The translations under genes were made by a program, and so were the position numbers. A stretch of DNA of 64,000 nt. It comes from Magallana gigas. Lineage: Eukaryota. The stretch lies in assembly GCF_963853765.1 (NCBI RefSeq), contig NC_088853.1, positions 16,740,001 to 16,804,000 on the forward strand, given 5' to 3'. Position 1 is the first letter of the stretch. The number at the start of each line of letters is the position of its first letter. Below, in pieces: positions 39,201-52,300 of this stretch. The notes below the pieces were generated by a model. It made no database searches. It was not told the origin of the DNA and saw nothing but the letters and a program-made list of their open reading frames with translations.

Positions 39201-39256
39201 AATACAAGGACGCAAATTAAAAACCACTCACCAGAGTTGTTCGAAATGTTTTCCAT
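36245..39256 (-). CDS. Rhodopsin-class (class A) GPCR, FMRFamide/peptide-receptor-like orphan, 367 aa
   Basis: complement(join(39256..39232,37323..36245)). The large exon has seven hydrophobic segments with GLIGN (TM1), LAVFD (TM2), SLERLQAVCFP (DRY-equivalent), TMLP (TM6), NYSINFCIY (TM7) and FRKEL (helix 8). A 25-nt first coding exon (MENISNNS + GTGAGT donor) splices in phase and adds two N-glycosylation sequons; an in-frame stop lies upstream of its ATG. Confidence 0.9.
38690..38842. mobile_element. MITE fragment with repeated TTCGAGATATC motifs, in the GPCR intron
   Basis: TTCGAGATATCG occurs twice, with TACGAGATATT and TTTGAGATATCG variants. Confidence 0.5.
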
Positions 39257-39364
39257 GTCAAACAGAATCCTTGAGTCTTCTTAACAGCAGGGATAAAGTG
39301 ATCAGTTTAACAGAAGCAAGGCAATGACTCTTATCCGATCCTTGCTCAAGATTCTTCTGATTCA

Positions 39365-39396
39365 GACTGAGGAGATGGCAGCGTCTTTATTATATA
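39365..39396 (-). promoter_or_regulatory. TATA box + initiator (TCAGT) core promoter of the GPCR gene
   Basis: Minus-strand TATATAA at 39396-39390 and TCAGTC at 39370-39365. The A of the initiator is 28 nt from the first T of the TATA box and about 110 nt upstream of the ATG. Confidence 0.6.
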
Positions 39397-40039
39397 AGGT
39401 CACAAATGACTCGAGTGTGAAATACAAATGCCACTCTGATGAATGTTTTTCGTTGCATAATAAAAAGAAATAACGCAAATAGATAAATATGTTTTCAAAA
39501 TTAATAATTTCTATCCAGATGTTCAAAAGACAAACCTTTTTTTTGGTCTCAATAGCATGCATTCATTGAGAAATGAGGAAATGAAAATGGTTTGTGTGAA
39601 TCTATAAAGTAAATTAGCACCATACTCGCTCATGATCTTCGAAAAATGTCTGCTCTTACCTAATTACATGTTAGTACATGTAGGTGGTTAGATTTGTCAG
39701 GTTACGACTATTTACCTTGTTAGGTGATGCATTACACCTTCAAACGGCATGTAGTCACTACACCTTGAAAATGGCATGTTGTGATAACGATGAATGTTCA
39801 AATTCGTACGTCCAAATTTAAAGAAAAAATGCAAAAAATGAGCAGAGAAAACACGGATCATGGAAGGGAGAGCATCCTCTGCTGACCAGTTCTCAAATTA
39901 GCAGAAAATTATTTGATTATGATATTAACATTATGCATTACAATTTTACATTGTATATTAATCATAGGATAGTCACAGGACAGTATTGTATGGATTTAAT
40001 TTAATCTAGTACTACATTTAATTATAAATGCATATGTAC

Positions 40040-40105
40040 AAAAGCCTCGGGCATTAGATTGAAACGGTTCAGAAACCCAGTATTTTATCCACTGAGCTGT
40101 GATGA
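40040..40105 (-). mobile_element. Degenerate tRNA-like head related to the 57433 element
   Basis: Minus-strand CAGCTCAGTGGATAAAATACTGGGTTTCTGAACCG matches the head at 57544; the B box has decayed. Confidence 0.5.
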
Positions 40106-41813
40106 TACACAACCAACTTGATTAACACAAACAATTAAAAAAATTGAATTCGCCAATTTTTGACGTAGTGTTTCCCTTGTTTAGTTCTTGATTTAAAGAT
40201 ACGCCACAAAGGGAAAACTTAGGTTTTAACGAAATATATATATCAAAACAGGATAAAATATACATACCATTTGATGTAAAAATAAAACGCTTGTATCCCC
40301 CAAGTATCGACCTTTTTACACTAATCCTGTTTTAACTTTTTTTGTTCTTGGTAAAACATCTAATCAATTCCAATCAGATCCAAATTGATCAAAACACATC
40401 ATACAAACTACTGTTTTAATAAGAGGATGTTACCATAAATCAATATCTTTAAATACATTGCTTTGATTGAATAGTTGCCTTTATACAATTATCTAAGTTT
40501 CAAAAAGAGACACCACCAAAAGTAAAAAAAATCGTTCTGTAGTCAATTTTATGATATTACATTTTGTTCAGAGTTAATCAATGCTATTTTGATTAAGGTT
40601 TACATTGTTAACCAGTATTATCCAGAATAAACCAAACTAGCTTCATCCAGCATACACTAGATATTAACCCATATGACGCAAAACCAAACCATTAGGCTAG
40701 ACAACTAAATGCCAACGCAAGACTGGATGATTACAAAATAAATGCTGAAAAAAAACAGTGCAAAATTAACCCTTTAACAATCCATGTATAAGAGTATATA
40801 AAAAAAACAAAACGTGAATTTAATGTTTTATATCATTTCCATTGTGAGTTTTTTTTGTTTTTGTTTTGTTTTTTTTTTGTTTTAGATGAAAAACCACTGT
40901 TACGTACATAATTTTATTGAACATAAATACAATAAAGAAATTTAAATGCATAAAGTTATCGTATAATTACCACATATTGCTATAATCATGCTATTATATC
41001 CCGCATGTCATGATATTGGAATTTTTACACAGCGAAAATGTAACTATATTTGAATAACATTTGGATATGTTGCATCTTTATCTTTAATAAAAGAAAACCA
41101 ACAACAATGTTTTAATGTTTGAAATGAGCTTTATTTTTTTTTGCAACTTAAAAAAATGAAATAATAATGTCAAAAACCCGCTAGGATTTGATCCAAATGA
41201 CAGAGGTCGGATTAAAATTGATGCCATAATTAACTGTGTTAATAGAGAATCAAACTTTCGTCGGAACATAAATGACCAATTTGGACTTAGACTTAACACA
41301 TAAATGAGAAATATTCTACATCTGGTGCTTTTAGACCTTTTATTGGGCTCAATAATCTTGTTCATTATGCTTGAATCGATTTGAAATGTTAATAAAAAAA
41401 GGCAGTTAGCGTGTAGGTTCAAACATGGAGAAAAAAAGTGTATACAGCATATTTGGTCTTATTTTATTATATTTTTTATTACACATTTTTATACATAATT
41501 ATGTTATTAGAAGAATATGCATATGTGTAAATTGTTGATTGGAATTAAGTTAAAAATATTTGAAAATTAGAACACTCTAGGTGACTGACTTAAACCATTC
41601 TGTCATCTGAAATCTAACTTCAGGTCTTGAACAATATTTGTACAGACCCAGGCCATTTAGTCACCATTTAGCTACATCAATCAACTCACATTTAAGTCAT
41701 TTGCTAAACTTTCTATAGTGACGTGATGTACATTCTTGCAGGGATACCGACAATACATCTTTTTGATCTGACAAAATAAAAAAATGACAAAATAATGTTC
41801 CGAATGAGTGATT

Positions 41814-41818
<5 letters not shown>

Positions 41819-41885
<67 letters not shown>
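41819..41885. repeat. (GA)n microsatellite
   Basis: Perfect GA run. Confidence 0.98.
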
Positions 41886-41887
<2 letters not shown>

Positions 41888-43264
41888 GGGAGTGGTATCC
41901 AATAATTTCGTTTCAACAAAATTGCGAGACATTTTTTGTCATATATCCTGTTCAGAAAATTTCTTCTCTATCAGTTCCTGAAAAATAGAGAAACAATGAC
42001 AGTATAACCAATCTTTCAATTTTATTAGCGTTAAATGGATAAAGAACAATGACTAATAAAATACAAGCTAAACGAAAAACGTGCTTCCGTACCAACGTCA
42101 CAGTAAGTTGTTATCAATATTGTAAACCATTTGAACACATGTCTTAACATGCATTATATTTCAAACATGTGCTAACATAGTTGAGAAATAAATGAAATAG
42201 ATTAAACAAGTGGAACTAGATTTATGTTTATTCCTTTAATTATTTTACGTTTTTTGTCATTTATTTTTCCATTTTAAAAATTCCAAATCAAAATGCATCT
42301 AATGCATTGTTATACCATGATTGAATGTAGAATGTACTCATAAAAAAGTATTATCCGTTATGGAATGGAATTTTGATTTAAAAAAAAAGGCAACGTAAGT
42401 TCAAAATTGACTGAATACATCTTTATTCAAATAACAAACTGTTTTTGTCTGTAATGTAAAAAAATTTAATTAGCTCAAAAATACAAATCTCAACCCGTGG
42501 GTTAAATCAAAGTTGCATACATAACATTGATTTGAATATCCAAACTCTGTGGTAAAAACAAAAATAACCAGACATACTCAGCAGAAAGGGTACTCGATTA
42601 AGTTCGTCAAATTCCCTTGAGCTGCAACACAAATTTTGGCGAGGGCTCACGAACACCCGCTAAGCTGAACTCATTTCTGGTTTCTTCCCTAAATTCCTGA
42701 CTTTTGATTCATTGCAAGAACCCCTAAATCCTTTTTTAAACTTTTATTTGATGTACATGTTTTAATGTACATGTAATATATTTATTGATTGCAAAATTAG
42801 CCAATTGCCCTTTGCTACCTGCCTGCATCAATGAAGAGCTTAATCCACTTTTGTCTTTAAAACACACAAAAGGTATCTAATCAGTGATTAGATCACCAAC
42901 ATCAAATTATTGCTAAGGAAATGAGGGTAACAAATAACGAGTTATTCAACCATACCAAATCTATCAATGCTAAAGGAGGGGAAAATAAGTCCCAATATTT
43001 AATCAATGATTAATATCTATATATATATGTAGTAGTAAGATAGCATCTTAATCATCATTTTTTTCCATTTTGTTGTAAGGAGACTTATTGTACTGTATTC
43101 TGTACTTTTTGGACGTTTGATTTTGAACACTGTTGGTAATCATCATGTCATTAAAAGTCATTCTCGCCGAAATGATAACATAAAATAACAATATATGCAT
43201 TGTATTTGCGAGAGATATAATGCTAATAACGATCTGTGTTCTATCTGTCCACTTGGTGGTCAGT

Positions 43265-43858
43265 TACTGTAAACGTGGTTATATTGACGAGTTCAAAATT
43301 TGACGATTTTTTAGTAAGAGACAATTGGCGAGTTTTAATTTTGACGAATTTTTGAATAAGAGTAAGAGTTATCTATTTTTGAATTTTTATAATGCCAGGG
43401 TTAGAGTTATCTTTCTTGCGAACTCGGTATTAATAAAAGTTAACTTTGATTGAAAAAAAGTTTGTACAGATTTGATGGAATAAAATTGCTCTTTGTATTT
43501 TGTTTTTATTCACTATACGATATTGCCTGAGGTAATAAAGTAGGTCAAACACGGCATGATAATTACGCACGAAGTTATTATTGAATGTTGTGACGATTGA
43601 GTGATAATTGCATTTAAAACACGCTTGTTTTGAATTTTATGGGTTTTTTAAATACTTATTACGTGTTTTTATAGCTATTTACATAAATGAATCATTAACT
43701 TTGATCAAGTTCTAACGGAATAATGCCAATAAAAAATTCTGGTACTAATACGCTCTATATATGATGTGAAGTTTGGCGAGTGGAAATTTTGACGAGAAAA
43801 TAAAAATCGCCAACATAGTCAAAATTAACACATCGTCAAAATTTCCACGTTTACAGTA
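43265..43858. mobile_element. About 590-bp TIR element (TACTGTAAACGTGG...CCACGTTTACAGTA)
   Basis: Perfect 14-bp terminal inverted repeat with internal TTGACGA/TTGGCGA subterminal repeats. Confidence 0.8.
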
Positions 43859-45681
43859 ATTAAACAAGTAATCATTTTGTTAGCCTGTAAGACATTTAAT
43901 TAGTCGGTTAGTTATTTTTCAGTTGGTTACTTATTATGTCATTCAATTAGTCATTGTTTTATGAAGCTTTGTAGTCAATACAAAAATTAATGCGTCGATG
44001 TGCGAGATATTTATTTGGATCTAGGGTTTTTAAAACTTTTTAACACTGCACTTGATAAAAAAAACATTTTATAATTTTTTTTACATTTACTCAAATAAAT
44101 GAACGCAATCTCATAAAACTTTGTAGCTCATTACGTTTAGCAATCTATTCATCTTATTCTACTAAGAAAGTTATTTCAAACAACTGAACGTAATGCTAAA
44201 AAATGTATTTGATAGAGATACATGTATTTTGTGTAAATGTCGAGGTTTGCATCGAATTTCCATTGGAAATGACTTCTGGTATTTACAACCCCCCCATTTT
44301 TTAAAAAAATCTTTGGGATAAATGTACATAATCATTGCCAAGCAGTAATGAAATCAAATGTACGTCAGCTTAAGAATGTTTTGTCAACACGTGTTTTCTT
44401 TACCTGTTGTTAAAAGGAATAGGGCTAATGCATGTGCAAAAATTGTAATTTTTCAAACAGGTTTAATCGGGTGTTACAATAATTTTTTTTTTTACTTATA
44501 ACTGCCTGTTTGCATAACAAATATTCATTGGATGTGATTAAACTTGTTTGCCAAAACAAAGGAAGCATTTAACGTTTTTTAAGGAATACCTGTATATTTA
44601 TCAGAGAGTTGTCAAATCGGATGACGCAAACAATAATGTAATGAATAACGACTATGTGTTAACAAAACATGTCCCCAGCTGGGAACAAACCGATTGGGAA
44701 AGATTGCAAAGATTATCACTAGGAATGATTTGGTTTTGTTTTGCAAAGACTAACAGTCCTGAGCAACGAAATCTTAATGATATATTATAGAGTGAACATT
44801 TATCATTGCACAACAATACACAATTACTAACGACATTTCCTGGAATTCTTTTGATCGGTTAAGTAAAAGATGAATTGCACAGGTAAAATGTTTAGTACTA
44901 AAATTTATATGCAAGAAACGTCCAAAACTTTCTTCACTTCAAAAAATAAAAAAATTACAAAAAAAAATAATAGGTATAAGAGTCTTCAGTTGAGTGTTTT
45001 TTCCTTATTATGTTCATATCTAATTTAAAAGCGGTTGGTATTACTATGCTTAAAAAGATCTTTTACTTTTTTATTACGATATTTTTTCTCATTGGAAAGA
45101 TTTAGACAATTTCGTTTTTAATGTTTGAAATAGAACCCCCTCTTTCAAATACAAGACAACAATGAAAAAAAAAACCAATAGAATAATTGTAGATAAAGAC
45201 CTGTCTGTGTATAATGCATGTCAAACAACCGCCTGAACTCCTTACTCACTACAAGAGTCAGGATTTAAGCAAACTCCACGATACCGCTAGGCGGATTAAA
45301 CTCTTCTCGGAACAGAAAAACTTCTTTTCAGTCAGTTGCAACCTAAATCATTGATAAAAAAAGTCATACATCTGGTGCCCTTTTGTTCGTTTTTTTACTA
45401 CATTAACAAATCTGATATATCATTCTTAGGTGCATGGTAGACAATTCCTATAGAAAGCCAAAAATGAATACAAGGAGAAAAGATTTTTTTTGTGTCCCTC
45501 CTCTAATTTTTGGCTATATAAAACTTTAATGTAAAAAGATTAAAAAGTAATTTACTTACGAGCACAGAGTTGAAAATATAACACGAGGTTCAGACAAGGA
45601 CAACTAGAAATTTTAGACTAAAGGAGGTAACAAACACTTAAAGAAAAGCAAAAAATATACACTCTACATGTACTCTTACAT

Positions 45682-45750
45682 GGAGAGAGAGAGAAGAGAG
45701 AGAAAGAGACAGAGAAACTGAGAGAGAGAGAGAGAGAGACTGAGAGAGAG
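45682..45750. repeat. (GA)-rich microsatellite
   Basis: Directly visible. Confidence 0.9.
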
Positions 45751-47888
45751 CTTTTTGCAGGTATAGTAGTGAATGTTTTAGGGAAGGAGCGGATACTTTA
45801 GATCTTGATTAAGAAAGTCTTTTAATTCATTTACTCTACCAACTAGCAATGTTTTATATATTGTGTGTTTTTAAGTGATTCGAATCCTTATGTCAGTGTG
45901 TCACATACAATATATACAATACCAAACACTAAATATAACCTGCAAATTGGACAACATTTTTGTTTTTTGTTTGTTTGTTTGGTTGTTGATAACATATTTT
46001 CAGTGTTTGCGAAAGAAAAGGTTATTTTCAATTCTAGGTAAAACTAGTTTTATCTGAATGTAAGTAATAATGGTTTTAAACAAATGATTAAATGCCAAAC
46101 GTATTTAGTATTTATTATTAGTAAGAAAGTGTTAATTGTGTAGAAGTGTTTCCTTTTTCTTTGGAAAGTCTACAAAACAAAACAAAATTCACAATGTTCG
46201 TCATAAAATTGATAATGTCTCTTGTTGCCTTTGATAAAATAATAATGTCAAAATTGCAGTCTATCGTGCTTTGTAAAAATTCCGAAACTGTCCAAACATG
46301 ATTCCTCTGGATAGCATTCAAATTAAAAACACCCACATATTTTATTATAGTTTGGATGTTAAAACAAAAATTAAATACCGTTGATGCATCTTATGTCAGA
46401 TTAAAAATTTCAATAAAAGTGAAATGACGCTTTCTAGTAAAAAGCTAGCAGCTAATACCTGTGCACCACGAAGATTGTATAATGCTTAAATTGCTAGAGT
46501 TATTGCTCTTGCTTCACTCTTTTAAAAAGCCATATATAATACTAGCAATTAATTCCTATTCAATTGTTATCACGACCATATCTCCTTTAGATTTGCTGTC
46601 ATCTATACATTTTATTCTCAATATTGGTATTTATTGAGTGTATAGATCAGCTATAAAAAGACGTGTTCATCACATGTAATTTTAAGCAAAACGGTTTTGC
46701 GAGTAGCAGTACAAAATTATATTTAGTTCCTTAACTAATATACCATGAACAAAGGTGCCGATATCAAAGTTAGGCATGTGAGTTATTTTGCATAATCTAT
46801 AAATATAGAAATTTTTGTTCTCATTTTCTGGTATTGCAGTACATAACTACGCTCAATAATTATCATATACATTTGTCTATTTGTTATAGTTTATTTTTTT
46901 AGTATACACAAACCAAGTTAAAACAGAAATTATGCACGATGTAAGATATACTATTCATCTATTTTTAATGCATACATAGTAAAATATTGCTTTTCCTATA
47001 TTGCATCAATAAAGACAGAAAAAAACAATTTGGATAAAAACAAGACTACAAGACAAGCCATCATTCATGCTGAAACTGCGAATACAAATAAATGTACTCT
47101 AGTACTAATGCTGTACACCATTTTTGCGAAGATTCTGAAGAAAGAGAAAATGAAAAAAAATTCCAAAATGGGAAGGCCTTAAACCCCGAAATTTATGTTA
47201 CAACTTTAAGGGTATGGTGTCCATGTCCCAAGAAATGTATTACAGTGAAGCGCAATGTCGTAAAAAAAGCTAAAGTATTACTTTGAAACCAACTAGTCTG
47301 TTTGGAATTGTTATTGTTCTTAAAAGTTAAAAAATATACATTATTGTCAAATATTGTAATGACATAAATATAACGATAAACACTACCTATCCAGAAAAAT
47401 GAGATACCCTGTATGCGGAAAAAAATACTATGTTTAACCGGTAACAGTTTTTCCATTATCAAACATTAAAATCCAAGTAATGTGCACATCTTTAATATTT
47501 GTAAAAAAAAAACTACAAAACAGCAATCAATTTTCTATCTTGAAAAGTGTACGATGAGTAATCTGTACAACAGGATACCATATTGACAATATGCTGAGGA
47601 ACAATAAAATGTCAACAATCAAATTCCAAGTTAATTGCACATCTCTGAGATATGTTACACTGATCTGCGAAACATCAACTTCCTATCCTAAAAACTGCAG
47701 GAGGAGTTATTCGTACTACATGTATATGGGGACTCTTTGGGCAGCCCTCCATTTTCACTATTTTATTAACCGGATATTTCCTTTGGAAAACCCAGTTAAA
47801 AAAAGCCTGTTTTTTTTTCTTAATAAAGCTTTTTAAACGTAAATGAATGCACGTAGAAATTTATCTGTAAAAGAAATGCGATGATAAA

Positions 47889-48430
47889 ACAAGAGGCCCA
47901 TGGGTCACATCGCACACCTGAACAACTTCCTTGTAACATTCTATTTCTTAGCAAATACTATTTCTATTTTAAACCCCAGTAGTGTTCCGTTGTTTTTGGC
48001 TGGCTTTAACAATTTAGAATCTTTACTATCTTAGGATGCTTGCACAGTAATCTCACAAACTGTAGAAAACATTTTTAAATAATATATATTTCTATGTTAA
48101 ACTTTGAACTCCACTTGGGGCCCCAAAGTAAACGTTGAATCCCGCCTGGTCGAAGGGTCACGATTTTTACAATTTAGAATCTTCATTAAAGAAACAAGCT
48201 TTGATGTAAATATTTGTATTTCTAGTGCAGTGGTTCTCGAGGGGAAGAATTTTAAAGACACACACATCCTATACCACTGTTTTACAATCATCCCTCTTCT
48301 AAAAAGGATTACGCTCTCTATTTAAACAATTTAGAATCCCCTTCCCATAAGGATGCTTTGAATTACATGTAAGTTTGATTAAGTTTGGTCCAGTGCTTTT
48401 AGAAAAGAAGTAAAAAATGTGAAAAGTGTA
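47889..48430 (-). mobile_element. pearl/HINE-like element, 3' part with core repeats
   Basis: ACAAGAGGCCCATGGGTCACATCGCACACCTG terminal hairpin and repeated ACAATTTAGAATC...AGGATGCTT cores. Confidence 0.7.
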
Positions 48431-49328
48431 TTGATACTGTACCAGTTGTCGGCTAAGCCCAGTTATCGTCTAAACTGATAGTTCCGGTTAATAGCATGCG
48501 ACTAGCCACGATTTTTTAATTCAGTCGTCTGTTTCGAATAAAGAAAAGCAAGTCTGCATGAAACTTTAAATATGTTTTAAACATGAGCTTAACGATCCAT
48601 GTTTACCGCTGATTTTACATGTTTGCACTTTCAGCGGTGGGGGAAGTAAGGTAACAAATTAAAAATAGAACATAACCCCTTTGTGATATATTATTATATC
48701 CCTTCTTTGATTTGACATATAATATCACTACATAAAACATGAAATAACAATAAAAAAAAATCACAAAATTCTGGGAAATTCATAGCGCAGTTGAACGGTC
48801 GATTTCACAATTATGCATTGAATAGTCTACGATTTTGTGTATTACCGTATATTACAAACGAATAATTTTATGAGTTTGTTTATGCATCATAACCCCTACG
48901 ACCTTTAGTCTTACCCCACAAGGGGCATAATTCAAGTTAAATTTTGCAAAGAATAAAATCAACAAGTACAGGGATTTTACTATGTTATTATCACGAAGCC
49001 GATAACTGGTACAGTAAATCGAAAACACTCGGCAAATTCGGAGCGTGCAAAAAAAGACAAAAAACAAGATGTTTTTGTTTTTAAATAATGATATATCTTA
49101 ATAATAAAGATATTTATTACAGATTTATGATTTTGAATTTTTTCCTGTTTTGAAAGGCTGCTATGTGTGTAAGTAGGATACATATGTTAAAATTTAATGA
49201 TTTCAAAATGATTGCCGTTATACTATCTAAAAAGTCTTCAATGCATTATTTCACGTAAGCAAAAATATTGGTACGAACATTTTTGTTACTGAATGTGCAA
49301 ATATATTCTACTAACTGCATTGGATACT

Positions 49329-52300
49329 CTAATTGATATCTTTTTCACAAACAAAAAGCGTCAGATGATCACACTGCCTATCATTCCAAGACCCATCATG
49401 TCTCATTTCTATGCAGTCCTCGTTCCCATTATAGTTATCAGGATTGCTGCTGTCCCAATTTGTGAAAGTTATTGGATTTCCATCCCTGCTCCAAACAAAA
49501 TGTCCCTCATTCTCTCGATCGTTTCCACCAATCCATACTGTACAACCCCAAATACTGCAGTCATCTAGGAGACAACATATGCACATTATTGTTTATGATA
49601 GATTTTTTCAAATACAACGAAATGATTATTTACATTAAATATCAACTTCGTTGGTAAATTGTTCGTAAAACAAAAGAATAAAACATGATATGTAATTCAA
49701 ACAGGTGCTCAAAAGTTGTTCTTGGTTTTTATTAATTGATATTTATTATGTTTTTTTTTTCTTGACGTCACAAACGTTGAACGATGTATAAGCAAACACC
49801 GCAATCTAAAGATCACGGTTGTGGTTACTCCAGTGGCTCGTCTATCAATTTTAACTTACAATAATAATAAAACTAAAATTCTGAGGTATTTTTCACATTT
49901 ACAGACAAGACTGAACTTAAAAATATCGAAATTAAAAGCATTAAATGACAAAATTATTTTGAAAAATATAGTATTGTTTCTGATTTTTAGAACGCAATAA
50001 TGCGCAATACTGAATTTGTTCATATACATCGTTGCAATTATGGCATTAGGTATTTAAGAAAATAAGTATTCCATGCTTTAAAATCTGCATATTAAAGAAA
50101 CAGATAGGTATAAGAACTAACCCATACATTGAAGAATAATTTTTCACATTACCCAAATCTTGGAATTTAAAATTTTGTTAATCAAAATCAATATTGTTTA
50201 ATGATTTTGTAAATGTGAAGAGTTGTACGCAATCGACCGCTTTCAAAGTTGAATCGTGCGTTTATGGTATTTTTAAGTGCGTACATCTACACGTGTGTAT
50301 CAGCGGAAAAAACCCCCCAGGACATTAAGAGAAAAAAATGAACGTCTGCACATTTAACCGAAAATTAATCAATTAATTATGCTCATGAACTTTTCTAGCA
50401 ATAGTTGCATCCAATTAATGATGTAAAAGCAATTTATTAACAAAACATTTTTATTCGCTCTATCAGTGTTAAAACAGATTTTACTTGAAATTAAGCTTAG
50501 AGAGTTTCATTTAATGGTTTGACTCTTACATTACATTGCATGTACATTTATCTATCTTTTGAAACAGAAAAAATGACTTACCGGGCAGGTTTGGAACAAT
50601 ACTGTTTTCAAAAACCCAAGTATTTTCATCCAAGGAGTCAATCTCTACTAGATAAGCGTCTTTAGATTCACAATATATCTATGAAAATTCGTATCAAATA
50701 TATTATTCTCATATTGCAATTATGTTCTAGTTTATTATCACTGACTACTTGGTTTACTTACTTTAGCACTATTCCATGCTTTTCTTTCAGTAGCCAGACG
50801 ATAAATGTGTTGTCCGTATTTTTTCCAACCTAATATAAAAAAATCAAGTTTCTTTTGATATTATTTTTGTAATATAATGTCACGGAAGATGAAAACAATC
50901 ACTTTTAATCAGGCTGTCCTCATGTATTAAATAAAGAATAAGGAATTATTCTTTGAGTATTAGGAGGTTATAATTTTGGTCGAGTGTGATCAAATCCAAT
51001 TAAACCCGAAGGGCTTTATAATAGATTTGATCACACCCCGACCGAAATTATCACATCATAATATTCAAAGAACGAATCCTTATTACTTATATTTATATAA
51101 TTTTAAGCCATCGTACGAATAAATTTTTAAATATAAATAAGCAAACCCCGCTGGGGTCATTTAAAGTTATGGGTTATATAGTACAAAATCGATACTTAGT
51201 GTTATCACAGGCAAAGATAATGGATAATGTAAATATATATATCGTTTAAACTGACAACAGCTTTAAAACTCATTTAGATACAAGACTATATCGCTGATAA
51301 AGCATGCAAAAAAATCCTTAATCAAGACAATTTTATAAATTAAAAAACAATCATCAACCTTGAGAGTATGCTCACATTTCTTTAAAATGGTTAAATATAT
51401 TATTTCATTTACCGAAACATACACCTTCGAAGACGAATTCAAAATGATGTATCAAAACGTTAACTATCTCCGATCTTGTGTTAATTCTCCAATGATTATT
51501 GTTTTAATGTAGAAGGTTGTTGTATTTTGTTTTCTAAAATAATCTTTACTAATATTTGTCAACATCGTATTCTCATATTGGCTTTTTCATACCTTTGGAA
51601 TGAAAATCCCAATATTTCCGAAGAGGTGAGACATGATATTTATTCACCGGGAGACACGAAGTTTTGTTCGCCTTGTCACGTGACTCTCTAGACCAATAAG
51701 GTCACGCGTTATATAGAATAATCATATTGAGGTATAATGCTATTTTATCTTCACAAATGATATTGAAAATGTATTTCTGTTGTATTACATGTACTTCTTA
51801 TGTTGTGTAACATATGATGTTGTTATACTTTCATGTTAGATACTGAAATCTGATTGGTTTAGACGCAGTTCATAATCTGTTCTTTTACCCTCAGCGTTAG
51901 CAACTCACTTAGCAACGGGTAACATTGCGAATTGTTACATGCGCGAAAATCATGCAATCAAACTTTATGATACGGTTCGCCTTTGAATTCACGTTTTTCC
52001 TATCTAAAAGCAGTGATGTTTTCTTAAAAGTAAGACATTCAGTATAACAAAATAAATCGTGCCTGTTTGGGAGGATAACAGTTGAAATTGACACCCCTCG
52101 AAAACCATTGTCAATCTCCGCTTGGTGTCGGTTGACAAAGGTTTTCTCGGGGTGTCAATTTCAACTGTTACCCTCCCAAACAGGCACTATTTATATATTA
52201 TTGTACTTTTATGTTAAAACCGGAAATCTGATTGGTTTAGACGCAGTTGCTAATTCATTTTATTATACCTCGATATGAATATTCTATATAACACGACATC

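Noticed and set aside
41000-47800. Possible hidden exons in the long intergenic stretch between the GPCR and the lectin gene
   Set aside because: Only short, low-complexity ORFs were seen, with no consistent splice-flanked coding signal. Small or non-coding exons cannot be excluded by eye.
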